This document shows positions 25,809 through 39,024 of a stretch of 64,000 bases of DNA, one piece after another. Position 1 is the stretch's first letter, and every line of letters starts with the position of its first letter. Made by a program: the position numbers and the translations under genes. The notes beneath the pieces are model-generated. The model had not been told where the DNA came from and did not search any database. It saw only the letters and a program-made list of their open reading frames with translations. Source of the DNA: Octopus vulgaris (taxonomy: Eukaryota); contig OX597815.1 in assembly GCA_951406725.2 (NCBI GenBank), positions 117,428,001 to 117,492,000 of the forward strand. Reading direction: 5' to 3'.

Positions 25809-26287
25809 CCGAGATGGTGTCAGCCCTTCTGGTGACGTTGATGATCGCCTGGGGCTAGATGCATCAATAACACACCCACCACCCCGCCCTGTCCCTAGCC
25901 ACATTCAGATGGCTGATCCCCCTTATGTTATAGAGCAGTTACTGTTTATATCTCGCTCAGAGATTTTTTATTGTTGTCGAACGGTTTTTCTACATCAGTG
26001 ACTGTGGTTACTGTGAAAATCCATATATATCCAGCCTGTAGAGGAAGTCCCTCAACGAAGAGCGGTGCTTACCATACGTTGATAAGAGGCAAATACCTCG
26101 AAACCGGTCCGTATGTAGTATCCGTATCTTCGGGGAGGCTGATCTCCCTTTGCAGGCTGGCAAGGACACCGAGATGGTGTCAGCCTTTCTGGTGACGTTG
26201 ATGATCGCCTGGGGCTAAATGCATCAGTAACACACCCACCACCCCGCCCTGTCCCTAGCCACATTCAGATGGCTGATACCCCTTATG

Positions 26288-26292
<5 letters not shown>
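25808..26292 (+). mobile_element. Retrozyme-like / non-autonomous PLE-type unit (360-bp period, ~125-bp direct repeats)
   Basis: 25808-25932 repeats at 26168-26292 with a few substitutions; non-coding; flanked by (TACA)n/(TA)n; contains a hammerhead. Confidence 0.75.
26073..26115 (+). ncRNA. Type I hammerhead ribozyme with compensatory U3-A8 core (GUC site)
   Basis: CAUACG-UUGAUAA-GAGG(CAAAUA)CCUC-GAAA-CCGG-UC-CGUAUG; stem I extends over 26031-26160; predicted cut after 26109. Confidence 0.85.
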
Positions 26293-26338
<46 letters not shown>

Positions 26339-26356
26339 CGGGCTTGTGTATATACT

Positions 26357-26442
<86 letters not shown>

Positions 26443-27764
26443 GATATGAATGTATATGTGTGTGTCAAAAAGTTCATGTAGTAGAAATTGCAGGCGCTGA
26501 TATATTAAGTAACAGAGTCCCTATATTATTATTTATATAATAAAAGGTGGCAAGCTGGTAGAATCGTTAGCACGCCGGGAAAAATCTTAGCGGTATTTCG
26601 TCCGTCACTAAATTCCACCGAGGTCGACTTTGCCTTTCATCCTTTCGAGGTCGATAAATTAAGCATCAGTCAAGTACTGGGGTCGATCTGATCGACTTTC
26701 GCCATTCAAAAATAAATAAATAAATAAAAAAATATAAATAAAAAAAATTCAGGCATTGTGCTTATAGTAGAAAGGCTTATTTACATAATATATTATAGTT
26801 TCATGAAAGCTATATTACAAAACGGTTTCATGCCAGAAATTGAGAAGGAAATCCAACAATCATCAGAAATGGTTAAAAGGAATAGATTGGTTTGGGTTCT
26901 TTGTGATTGGAAGCCTGACAGTGGCACATCAGATTTGTTTGTATGAGGAGTATTGTAAAAGAAGAAAACGGAGCGAAATTCTTGGATGAAATCACTCATA
27001 TCAAATGCAAAAGAGAAATAAATTTGGTCCATCGGAGTTCTTTGGATTGGAGTTTAACTGTTCAGAAAACTCAGCCCCAACTGACAATCAAATGTCTTAT
27101 ATGTTAGGATGGCATTTTTGAGCATCTTAACTCCAACCTAAGGGACATAACTGCGATAGATCAAATATTCCCAACTACGAATTTCATTTTTTTTTAACAC
27201 AGTCAGAAGACCAACAAACCGGATGTGGAACTTTCAGATCTTATGATGATTGCTAGATTTGATTCTCCATTTCTGGCATCAAACTATTTGGCAATTTGCC
27301 TATCATGAGACTAAATTATATCATATAACTTATAATAATAATAATCCTTTCTACTATAGGCACAATGCCTGAAATTTTGAGGGAGGGGGTAAGTCGCTTA
27401 CACCGACCCAGTGCCGAACTGGTACTTTTTTCATCGACTCCGAAAGGATGAAAGGCGAAGTCGACCTCGGCGGAATCTGAACTCAGCACATAAGGACGGA
27501 CGAAATACAAGCGTGCTAACGATTCTGCCAGCTCATTGGGGGGACCGCTAGGATTTTGAGAGTGGTGCTTGGGTGTTGAGTGTCTTCCACGATAAGTTAA
27601 CGTCCAGGTACCAAAGCTTATAATTTGCCGAAAGAGACCCTGTGAGACCTCTGACAACAGGATGCTGTCCTCTCTCACAGAATCAACCAAAGCAAGTAAG
27701 ACGGAGATCTCTGAGAAGTAAAAAAAATGATAATATATGTATGTATATGTGTGTGTGTTTATAT

Positions 27765-28080
27765 CATCATCATCATCATCTATTGTTTTAAATCCGGGTT
27801 TTGTCCCCGTTAACGGGAGTGACCGGATCTACCTCAATGCCATAGCAACTGAGGCAGGCAGGTGCAGCCCACCCCAACCTTTGGACTGACTGGTGCCCAT
27901 TCTTCTTTACTATCAAGAGGCTTTTTGGAGTTGGATTTTCTACGGGGAGCATGCCCTTGCTTGCCCTCAACCTCAGTTTCTAGACGAGTGGTCCTGAGAC
28001 CAAGGCCTCAACCACGATTTTTAAGAATTGTAGTGGAAAACTAGCTCAAGAAAGCAGGGACGCTACTCCCTGAGACCCCT
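27765..28080 (-). mobile_element. Degenerate SINE with Nin/Deu-like domain and (GAT)n tail
   Basis: GGATTTTCTACGGGGAGCATGCCCTTGCTTGCCCTCAACC resembles the reverse of the Nin domain; (ATC)n at the left end. Confidence 0.4.
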
Positions 28081-28739
28081 TTCGGAGCCTCCCCTACCTA
28101 CCTACCTACCTACCTACCTACCTACCTTCCTACCTACCTACCTACCTACCTACCTACCTGCCTGCCTATATGTATGTATATATATATATATAGTTGTAAA
28201 ATCTCAAGAAGAGATGAGAGTCGTACCTGTACTAACTTGTAAAGTTAATCGCCACATTACTACTAGTTTCACCTCAGGCAGATATTCCACCAGCTGGTCA
28301 TCGGTGCAGCCCTGTACCCTGTTCATATATATTGGCTAGCAAGGAAAGCGAACCTCCACCATCCTCCAGACAGGATCGCGAGACTGATTCACTTTCGAGT
28401 TAGTTTGCTCATCTTTAGTCGCGAACACCTGGTCATCAAAGAGATGGTTAGAGTCCGCTCCAGCCAGCAATGTATTGTAAAGAAAGCGATCATCGGTCAC
28501 TGATTGCAGAGCTGCACCAATAATCAACTGGCGGAAGGTCCGCCTGGGGTTAACCTAGTTAGTAACATGGAAAAGCCACTTTGATGTGGTGATTAACTTT
28601 ACTTATGTATACTTTTTTGTACTCTTTTATTTGTTTCAGTCATTTGACTGCAACCATCATGATGGAGCACCCCATGGAAGTGGGTGTAATCTCAAGAAGG
28701 AAAAAATTCTCCAGAACTGACATGTCATAGACAAACACT

Positions 28740-28807
<68 letters not shown>

Positions 28808-29035
28808 GCTGCTGCTATTACTACTACTTTGCGCCGGAATCAGCTTTTGTTGTTCATTACTTTCTGGGTCGATAAAATAATGTACCAGTTAACTGTAGAG
28901 AGTCGATGCAATTGATTAAAGCCCTTCCCCTCAAAAGTTACTACTCCTCTGTCTGGAGCAGAAACCATATTTATTTCATCATAATTTGTATTACCGATCG
29001 TATTGATAATGTTAACGCTGCTATCATCGTTGCAG

Positions 29036-29204
29036 GATGGATCGGAATACTGGTTGTCACCTTAGGCTGTGCTTTATCAACTTTTACGGGAATAACTTTA
29101 TCAAAGAACTGGTGTATACTGGTGGACAGGTACTCGGAGTACATGGAAAATAACCAGCATCCTTATCCAACATTGGGCCAGATAACGTTCGGAAAATTTG
29201 GCAG
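29036..29204 (+). CDS. Amino-acid transporter coding exon 3
   Basis: TTGCAG|GA TGG; GWIGILVVTLGCALSTFTGITLSKNW..HPYPTLGQITFGKFG; AG|GTAAT, phase 2. Confidence 0.95.
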
Positions 29205-29470
29205 GTAATCAGATAAGCATGCTGCATTCTTAATTTCTAACATTGGTACAAGACCCCCCTCAAATATTCTTTTTATTCTTTTATTTGTTTCAGTCATTTG
29301 ACTGCGGCCACACTGGAGCACCGCCTTATGGTCGAATAAATCGACCCCAGGACTTATTCTTTGTAACCCTGGTACTTATTCTATCATCTCTTTTGCTAAA
29401 CTGCTAAATTACGATGTCGTAAACACACCATCGGTTGTCAAGCGATGGTGGCGGGACAAATACAAACACA

Positions 29471-29548
<78 letters not shown>

Positions 29549-30049
29549 CTTCGGGCTTCTTTCAGTTTCCGTCTACCAAATCCACTCAAAAGGCTTTGAT
29601 CGGCCATAGTAGAAGACACTTGCCTAAGGTGCCACTCAGTGGGATTGAACCCGGAACCATGTAGTTGGTAAGCAAGCTACTTACCACACAGCCACTCCTG
29701 CTCCATATTATCTCTTATATTTAATTTGTTTACTTGTTTCAGACATTAGATTGCGGCTATGCTGGGGCACCACCTTGAAGAATTTTTAGCTTATTCTATC
29801 GTACTCTTTTGCCGAACCGCAATGTTACAGGGTCATAAACACACCAATACAGGTTGTCAAGCGGTAGTGGGGGACAAACACAAACACAAACACACACATT
29901 AATACACACACACGGAAATTCACACAAAAATGCATACGCACAAACAAAACTCACTCATACACACACACACACACACACAAATACACAAATACACAGACAG
30001 ACAAAAGACAGACAGGCACACACACACACACACACATACGCACACACGT

Positions 30050-30470
30050 CAACAATCAGTCATCCCCTGTATATCATCGTCATCTGAAATCCAGATACAA
30101 ACTGTTGTCCTTAAATGCCCGTAGCTTATGCAACAGGGTACATCTTTTTGACTCTTACGTCAAAAGTATCAACCCAGATTTCATCACAGTTACGGAAACA
30201 TGGGCACATTCTGCATTCTGTGATGGGGTTTTCAGCATAGCCAGCTACAACCTGTTCCGCAAAGACCGCATCAATCGCCGTGGTTGGGGTGTGATGGTCT
30301 ACGTTCGTTCAAATCTATCGGCAATTCTTTGTGATGATTTGAACCAATCTCAAGAGGAAGTATTTTTCTGCAATATACACATGACCATGTCAACACTGCT
30401 ACTTGGAGTCGTTTACCGCCCCGCAAATTATCATCAAGACGCACAACTTTTTGATATCCTCAGAGTTGTT
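30050..30470 (+). mobile_element. LINE AP-endonuclease domain fragment (CR1/L2/Jockey-like) in an intron
   Basis: SLNARSL..FITVTETW..YNLFRKDR..RGWGVMVYVR..GVVYRP motifs; embedded in CA-rich sequence. Confidence 0.8.
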
Positions 30471-30810
30471 TATTATTCATTATTATAAATACACATACAC
30501 GGAAATACATACAAAAATGCATACGCACAAACAAAACTCACGCACACACACACATAAATATGCACACACACACACACACACACACACAAATACACACGCA
30601 CACACAAATACTCACACACGGAAATACACACAAACAACACTCACGCGTGCACACACACACACATACACACACACACACAAATACACACACAGACACACAC
30701 ACACAGTGTGTACAAGCTAATAAGCCTTAGAATTACAGAACTACACGTACAATTGTATATTGAACAAACAACACCCCCTAATATATTTATCTTTTACTTA
30801 TATTTTGCAG

Positions 30811-30990
30811 GTACATCGTATCTTGCTGTATCAACTTCACACTATTCGGCGGCTGTGTAGTCTTCCTTTTGCTGGGTGCCACATTGCTAACAGATCTGAC
30901 TGCTCCAACCTTACCTCTCTGTCATTCAGTAGTAGTAATTGCAGGAGCACTGGTTCCCATTTCCTGGCTTGGAACTCCCAAAGACTTTTG
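30811..30990 (+). CDS. Amino-acid transporter coding exon 4
   Basis: TTTTGCAG|G TAC; YIVSCCINFTLFGGCVVFLLL..PISWLGTPKDF; TG|GTAAA, phase 2. Confidence 0.95.
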
Positions 30991-31088
30991 GTAAAAGCAA
31001 TTTACGTAAACATAAGTAGAAATTGCTTATAAAGTAATAAGCAACATGACACTTACTTTATTATGTAAAATCCGAATATCTATCTATC

Positions 31089-32306
31089 GTCTCCATGACC
31101 GAACTGCAATCGTGGATCAAAAAGAGGCCGAGGAAGGGCGAATGGCACCGCGAGTGTCGCGTTGCTCTCAAGCAACTCTGCCGTCCTGGGTCAACCTTGA
31201 GTGACTCCATCACAACCAAAGCATTCTATAGGGGATTAGTGGAGGGGAGGTACGACGACGAGCTCGGGGCGAACCTGGACGTCGACGAGGAATACCTGAC
31301 CCGCCTGTTCGGGACGACTTTCGGGCCAGGGCCCATGGACAACTTTCAGAGATCCCTGGCCTGGCAGTGCTACCGAGAAGCGCTACCCGTTCGGAATAAG
31401 CTCCACAGACACGGCTCGAGAAACACGGGGCCAACCTGCCCGAGATGCAGTCAGAGCGACGAAACCGTTCTGCACGCACTCGTGCAGTGTTCAACAATTT
31501 CCGACCTGTGGGCTTATGTCGAACAACTGCTGTCACGTGTGGGACGAGTCGGTTTATCAGCTGAGCCTATCGTCAATACTGTCATGCCTCCTTCCTTCAA
31601 ACGGGAAGGAAGAGCTATTTTCATCATCCTTGTGGCTATGGCGAAAGCATGTATCTGGTGGACGCGTCTGAAAGGATTGGAGACAAACACTTTCCTCTCT
31701 GGTCAACCTCTCATCAACTTCTTCAAGTACCACTTGAAAAGGAAAGTGAGAGTAGAGAGGCAAGTTTTGTCTAGCGAACGTTTTAAAAAAAGATGGGTGA
31801 ATGTAGCAAGGATGGCACGTATGAATGACGAAGCCACCTTGAGCATAATCCTATGAACCCAGAAATTGAAAACAGAGGGTTACCCACTTGCAAACAAATG
31901 TGGTAACATATAACAATATTGACCAAGGTTACCGTGGTCTTTTTCGTAGGCTTTTCTTCTCACGGATAAACCTTACTTGCTTTCCCCTTTACACCATACA
32001 TCACTGTGATACACGATCCCTATTGATCGTTTTTTTTCCCGCTTCCCCTTTTTTCCTCTTTTTTCTTCTTTTTTCATGTTTCTTTTCTTTTGTTCCTTTT
32101 CCTTTTTTTTTCTTTTTTCTTTTCTTTTTTTGTTCTTTTTTCCCTTTTACGATCCCTCTTGATCGAAAACCTACGCCACCTTTTTTTTCTCTTTTTTTTG
32201 TTTCTTTTGTTTTTTGTTTTTTGTCTTTTTTCATCCCCCAAAAAGAAAAGCTCTACCTTGTAACTTGTCCCATCTGTGTGCAGCCCTGTGTGGCCAATAA
32301 AGAAAC
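31089..32306 (+). mobile_element. 5'-truncated L1/Tx1-clade LINE (zf-RVT C-terminus plus T-rich 3' UTR)
   Basis: Open ORF 31095-31856 with LAWQCYREALPVR..CPRCSQSDETVLHALVQC..W; AATAAA at 32296; TATCTATCTATC on the left and long (TATC)n on the right. Confidence 0.85.
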
Positions 32307-32371
<65 letters not shown>

Positions 32372-32478
32372 CAAAACACATTACACACCCACCCATACCT
32401 AGATACCTACCTACCTACCTACCTACCTACCTACCTACCTACCTACCTACCTACCTACCTACCTATCTATCTACCTAC

Positions 32479-32574
<96 letters not shown>

Positions 32575-32686
32575 AAACAAACTGATAGATAAATAGTAAA
32601 CTGTTTAGTTTATGTTACAAAAATTTATAACCAAAGAATAGTTTCATTTCGAGATAACAAATAATCATAATAAACTTTTCTTTTAG

Positions 32687-32934
32687 GCCTTTGGCTGTAG
32701 TTGCCACGTTCTCAACTGCTTGCTGTGCTGTGTGCATTCTGGTATTGATTGAGCAGGATTACGAAAACAGTGTGGTTTCTGCTGTTGAACACACACCACC
32801 GGACTTTAATTCTTTCTTCAGAGGTTTCGGAACATTTGTATACTCTTTTGGAGGTCATTCTGTTTTCCTGACCATCCAAGCTGATATGAAAGTGAAACAA
32901 CATTTCTCGAAGTCGTTGTATCTGGGATACGCTA
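32687..32934 (+). CDS. Amino-acid transporter coding exon 5
   Basis: TTTTAG|G CCT; PLAVVATFST..FGTFVYSFGGHSVFLTIQADMK..LGYA; A|GTAAGT, phase 1. Confidence 0.95.
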
Positions 32935-32979
32935 GTAAGTTTTTTTTAATTATTCAAGACAAAAATTTGTGTATGTGTA

Positions 32980-33035
<56 letters not shown>

Positions 33036-33659
33036 GGTGGAGGGCTAGATAGCTCTTTAATTGGAATTGCACCTTCGACTGCCAAACGAGCCGCTAAATT
33101 TAACACGATTGTGCTCTTGGTATCCAAGGAGCATACAAACTTCTTTCTAAAACTAGGTGAAAGTATCTCATTTATACATTATGTAAAAGATAAGCTGAAT
33201 GCCGGAACATCATATCCAAAAATCTATGTCCGTGACAAATAGACACTTCCTTTCAAATGAAACAGTTGCAGAAACAGTGTATCAGTGACAAAACTTACGT
33301 TGTTCGGTAGTGCTACGTCCTGAAATCATATAATGGGTACAGTTCTGACAGATGATTTCTGTCACGTTGATTCTTGGCTGCCCTGCACAGAACGGATTCT
33401 TAAGACCTTAAAGAATTTCGGGGACACCAAGAAACTGTGCTATCCTCTCTCACTTTATGAATATATACTCTTTTACTTGTTTCAGTCATTTGACTGCAGC
33501 CATGATGGAGTACCGCCTTTAGTTGAACAAATCGACCGCAGGACTTATTCTTTGTAAGCCTAGTACTTATTCTATCGGTCTCTTTTGCCGAACCGCTAGG
33601 TAACGGGACGTAAACACACCAGCATCGGTTGTCAAGCGTTGTTGGGTAGGGGACAAACA

Positions 33660-33735
<76 letters not shown>

Positions 33736-34106
33736 CATATATAAATATATGCGATGGGCTTCTTTCGGTTTCCGTCTACCAAATTCACTCACAAGGACTT
33801 GGTCGGCCCGTGGCTATAGTAGAAGACACTTGCCAAAGGTGCCACGCAATGGGACTGAACCCGGAACTATGTGGTTGGTAAGCAAGCTATTTACCACACA
33901 ACCACTCCTACACCTATAAAAATTATGAGGTTTCACCGAGACATGAACTCGGTTCGCTGGATTCCAGAGTGCTAATCATTACATCACGAGACCACTCCTA
34001 TGTGCATTAAATATCTTCGTTTATTGTGTTTTGCATTTAATTTCGCTTTCATAAATTTTCCATTTGCATTCGCTTCCACATGATAAATCCTTTATTTTAT
34101 TTCCAG

Positions 34107-34313
34107 TTACTTTATTGATCTACCTACCGGTCACAATATTCGGGTATTTAGTCTTCGGCAATCGCTTAACATTCAACGTCCTGGAGATCATCACAGAAAG
34201 TCGTCTTCTTTTCGCCACCAAAATAACTATCTTTGTTCATATTACTCTGGCATTTATAATACTCCTGAACCCAGTTTGTCAAGAATTTGAATATTTTCTA
34301 AATGTACCAAATC
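34107..34313 (+). CDS. Amino-acid transporter coding exon 6
   Basis: TTCCAG|TT ACT; TLLIYLPVTIFGYLVFG..VHITLAFIILLNPVCQEFE..VPN; C|GTAAG, phase 1. Confidence 0.95.
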
Positions 34314-35101
34314 GTAAGACCCGTTTACAATGTCTTTTCTTCAGTGTTTTATAACCCGTTTCAAACTATATCTAAAGTTAATTTGATTATGTTATCATTA
34401 ACATTATTATACTATCGGAAGTGTTCTATATCAAATGTATGTCTGCAAAAAGTATCAACCACAGATGTTTTGAATTCAAAATTCCACAAAGACACCCAAA
34501 GTGCTTAAATATTGGTGAAAAATGGGCAACAGAACTTCTTAAAAAGTACCCAAGACCAAAGCAATGTTAAACCAAGATAATGTTGATAAACTGGCTGATA
34601 AACTCGACCTACCACCCAAGAATCTTGAAAGCAAAGAGTCAGGACAAATACTTTATGGTATCGTCTTTAATGTTGCCAATCCTCCATTTTGAACTGGTGT
34701 TGGCCCTAGATAAATTAAAATCAAAGTTGACGGGATTTGAACTCAATGCACATAGCTAGAATAAATTGTTCAATGGATTTTGTCCTGCGCCTTACCAACT
34801 CAGCCATATCACCTATATAATACACATCAAAGGAAAGTTGGGTTTTTGAAGCTAATCTGCTTTCAAGGTTTTGACTATGCTCTGAAGCTGAGCATGTGAG
34901 ATATAAGCTGAGTATGTGATATATAAGCAATCCATTATATATTGGTAAACCAAGAACTGACCAGCATGTTATAAAGCTTACACTAGTTGACAAACAAATA
35001 CTCAGGATGATTTAAACAATTATCTAGTTACTTCAAACAAATTTTGACCTTTGATTATTATTAAACGTCCATATTTTTTCAATTTGTTTTATTTTTCTTA
35101 G

Positions 35102-35291
35102 GGTTTCATTGGAAGCGGTGCTTACTTCGTCTAATAATCATGCTCTGCATCGTATTTATGGCAGTTAGTGTTCCAAACTTTGGTTCCATTCTCTCTCTCA
35201 TCGGCAGCTCTACTATAACTCTCTTGAGTTTTCTCTTCCCGTCTTTATTCTACTTAAAACTCGCCAAACAAAAGGGTCCATGGAAACAAAT
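35102..35291 (+). CDS. Amino-acid transporter coding exon 7
   Basis: TTCTTAG|GG TTT; FHWKRCLLR..AVSVPNFGSILSLIGSSTITLLSFLFPSLFYLKL; AT|GTAAGT, phase 2. Confidence 0.95.
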
Positions 35292-36046
35292 GTAAGTATA
35301 TATACATTTATACAACAACTAATATATTCTAAAACAGGCACAAAGCTACATATTTAGCGAGATAAATAAAACGAGTTTAGTATTGGCAGGTACCTATTTT
35401 TACCGACATCAGAAGAGTGTAATGTCGACCAGACAGGATTTAAATCCACAGTGTACAGAGTTGTAGCAAAATACCGCGTAATATTTTGCCCTCCTTTTTC
35501 ACTGATTCTGTCATCAGCCCCCAAACCTTATTTCTGCAAGAATTACTTCTCATTAGATAAATATAGTCTCTACTTGATGTTTTGGGTACCTTCCTCTAAT
35601 TGTGGTTCCTTAAATGTCTAAAGGGATTACCAACAACAGTTACACACACACATACAGACACACATCATTGCTATTATGTCAAACTGTTGTATGTCCAAAT
35701 TTGGTTAAATTCGTTTTTTTTTCAATATTTAATTTTGTTTGTAAAAGCTGTTTATTTTGGTCAAACTATTGTATCTCCAGCTGCTTCGGATGCCAAGATA
35801 TGAAAATCGTTAAAGTGTGGTACAACGGTTTAGCATTTTTCAAAAGTGTAGTAAGTCTCACAAACGACAGTTTTGCAAAAAACTATTTCTGACAGAAAAT
35901 ATTATACATGCACGGAGTTATGATTTTATTCACCCAATAGAGTATTATTGTTTAGTTGAAACTGTAGCTAAAGTAAAAAGAAATGGGATGGTGAAACTAT
36001 TTCTCCGTTTCCTGAAAAAGCAACGTTTTGCTAAATACCAACAATA

Positions 36047-36118
<72 letters not shown>

Positions 36119-37273
36119 ACATAGAGGAGCAATAACACAATTTGTATTGCAGTTCCGATGTGCATTTCACCATTAGAGTTGTTTGGAACCTGCCATTGGT
36201 GTTCCAGTGCATTTAGATGCTCAACCACAACGAATCACCAGGAAACACTTTATTGCATTAAGTTACAAATAACAATATCTAAAGTTGGATAGATGGCGAG
36301 GCATTTAGTAATTATTTTGGGTGAGAAATAGAAAGAAAGCAGCTGAATGAGAAGGAAGAATACTCTGTACTAGAGAAGTTGGGAGAGTGTGAGATATGGA
36401 AAACAACTTGAGAAATAAAGGAAAAGAAAGAAAACAGAATTTGTGTGTGTGTATGATGTATGTGCGTTGGGGGGAGTGTGAGTGTATGTGTGTATTGTTG
36501 TCGATTCGCGGTGTGTTCATCAGAGTAGTGGATTGGCTGAAGCGTTAGAACGTTGGAATAATGCTTAGCGGTATTTGTTCCGGCTCTTCGTGTTCCGGCA
36601 CTTCGTGAGGGCCAGCTTGGCTTTTCATCCTTTCAGCGCTGTGGTCGATGTAATAGACTAAACATCTCCCCACCTAAAAAAAAAAAAGAAAAAAACAGCT
36701 GACAGTGTGCGAAAACTAGAAAATTTATTATCATTAAAGACGGCAAACTGGCAGAATCGTTTGCACGCCGGACAAAAATGCAGATCGCATTTCTTCCGTC
36801 TTTACATTCTGAGATCAAATTCCGCCGGTGTCTACTTGGCCTTTCATCCTTTCGAGGTCAATGAAATAAGTACCAGTTGAACATTAGGGGTTGATGTAAA
36901 CGACTAGCCCCTCCCTCAAAATATCAGGTCTTGTGCCTATTTTATAGAGAATTATTAAAGGCAGCGAGCAGACAGAATCGTCAGAATATCGGACAAAATA
37001 CCTTTCCATATTTATTCCGGCTCTCTATGTTTTGAGCTCAAATCCTGCCGAGGTTAGCTCTGCTTCCACTCTTCTGAAGTCGATAAAGTAAAATACCAAT
37101 CCAGTATTGGAAGCGTTGGTATCGATTTAACTTCTGTCAAAAAGGCTGACCTTGTGTCGTGATCAGTTTTATGCTATTAATTTAAAATAAACTATTTAGT
37201 CAGACAATGAAATTTTGCTCCACAACGATGACGAGTTCCACAATATTCTTTGAATTCTTTTGTTATTTTTCAG

Positions 37274-37406
37274 TGATATTCCACTGCATATCCTGGTCAT
37301 TCATTTGGAAATCATCGTGGTCGGATTATTTGCAGCAGCGTCAGCAACATACTCTTCTTTAGAACAAATGATCACTAGTAGCTTTGTTAGTCCTTGTTAT
37401 ACGTGA
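37274..37406 (+). CDS. Amino-acid transporter coding exon 8 (terminal)
   Basis: TTTTCAG|T GAT; DIPLHILVIHLEIIVVGLFAAASATYSSLEQMITSSFVSPCYT*; total CDS 1308 nt. Confidence 0.93.
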
Positions 37407-37990
37407 ACTTATTTAAACATTGGCTATATTTTTTTATATCATTAATGATCCATCATTATTTTAAAACTAAAAATATCATTTTTACCCACAATTCCGGGAA
37501 CATTCCAGGAAGCCTAACAGTAGCAATACTGTGCCAATTCCCGTAAAAATTTTATGCTGAAGTTATTCCGATAAAGGAAATTTTCAAAATATAGTAATAA
37601 AATTTTCAAGTGAGATTTTAAAAAAAATATATGTATTATATTTATGTCTATGCAATTTTCAAAAGTTTTTTTAATATATATAAAACAGATGCTCAATAGT
37701 AACTTCGTTAATCCTTGTTATGTGTGAATATATCTAAAACATTGAGACTACTTTATATATCATTTGCCCATTTTTAATTTATAAAATGCTGGTTACCCAC
37801 ATCTGGAATGTTCGAGAAAGTTTTAACATTAATATTATTGTAAAATTTTCAATAAAAATTTTAAGCTGAATTTATTCTCTCGGAGGAACTTTAAACGATA
37901 AAATTTTTATGTGGCGTTTAGTGAAAAATATATCAATCTAATTATATTTATGCCTATTCAATTTTCAGAGTGTATATATTATTTAAAAAA
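37360..37990 (+). repeat. Diverged ~321-bp tandem duplication of the stop region and proximal 3' UTR
   Basis: CAAATGATCACTAGTAGCTTTGTTAGTCCTTGTTATACGTGA vs CAGATGCTCAATAGTAACTTCGTTAATCCTTGTTATGTGTGA, with continued similarity downstream. Confidence 0.8.
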
Positions 37991-39024
37991 ATCCTATACC
38001 TTTTATAAAACATGTCATATCAGAAGTCAAGAGCAACGGAATAAAAACGCAGTTGAAAGGTAATACTATGCTTTACAATGTTTCGAAGCAAGAATTTGAA
38101 AAAAGATAGAAGAGACTTTAAAACAAACATTAAAACAAATATGATGTTTCGCTCATTAGACTGTGGCCTTGCTGGGGCACCGCCTTGAAGAATTTTTGGT
38201 TGAATGAATCAACCTTAGTACGTGTTTCTTTTCTTTAGGCTTGGTATTTATTGTACTCTGTCGAACCGCTAAGTTACAGGGACGTAAACACACCAAGACC
38301 TGTTATCAAGCGGTGGTAGGAGATAAACACAGACACAGACACATACACGTGCGCCTCACACACACATATACACACTCACACACACACACACACACACATA
38401 TATACGCGAGGAGCTTCTTTCAGTTTCCGTCTACCAAAACCACTTGCAAGGCTTTGATCGACCCGAAGCTATAGTAGAAGACACTTACCCAAGTTGCCAC
38501 GCAGTGGGAATGAACCCAGAACCATGTGGTTGGGAAACGAACTTCTTACCACTCAGCCATATAAGCGTTGAAATAAATTTAATACAATCGAAATTTTAAT
38601 TAAAAAATACGAGTAAAAAGGAATTAAATACATTTATTTCAAAATGTCATCAGGTCTTCAACGAGTCTCTCAAGATCGATATGCAAATAGGTGTGCGAAC
38701 TGACTTAATTTCACTGTAATCGTTCGAAAGTTAGTTGATGGCTAAAACTTATGGACTTCTGTTTGTTCTTTCTTCTTGAATTTACAGACATATTATTTCG
38801 TTGTATCTATAGTGATTGACACTCTTCTTTTAATTTTGACTCTATATCTTCTGGAGGAGTCACCTCAATCCTATATATATATATGAACCAAAATGAAGTA
38901 GATTGACAAAATTATTTTTTGAACCCGTTGAAGACACACAATTTGTCGAAATATCGTTCACTAGATGACAATAGCACTCTTCTTTTAATTTTGACTCTTT
39001 TATTATTATTATTATTATTATTAT

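Noticed and set aside
30733-31032. ORF-track frame 30760-31032 as the transporter exon
   Set aside because: The transporter reading frame is a different one, fixed by splice phases and the WLGTPKDFW motif.
37689-37727. Alternative terminal exon using the AG at 37687-37688
   Set aside because: Splicing from exon 7 (phase 2) gives the wrong frame for the PCY tail, there is no polypyrimidine tract, and it would drop the last TM helix.
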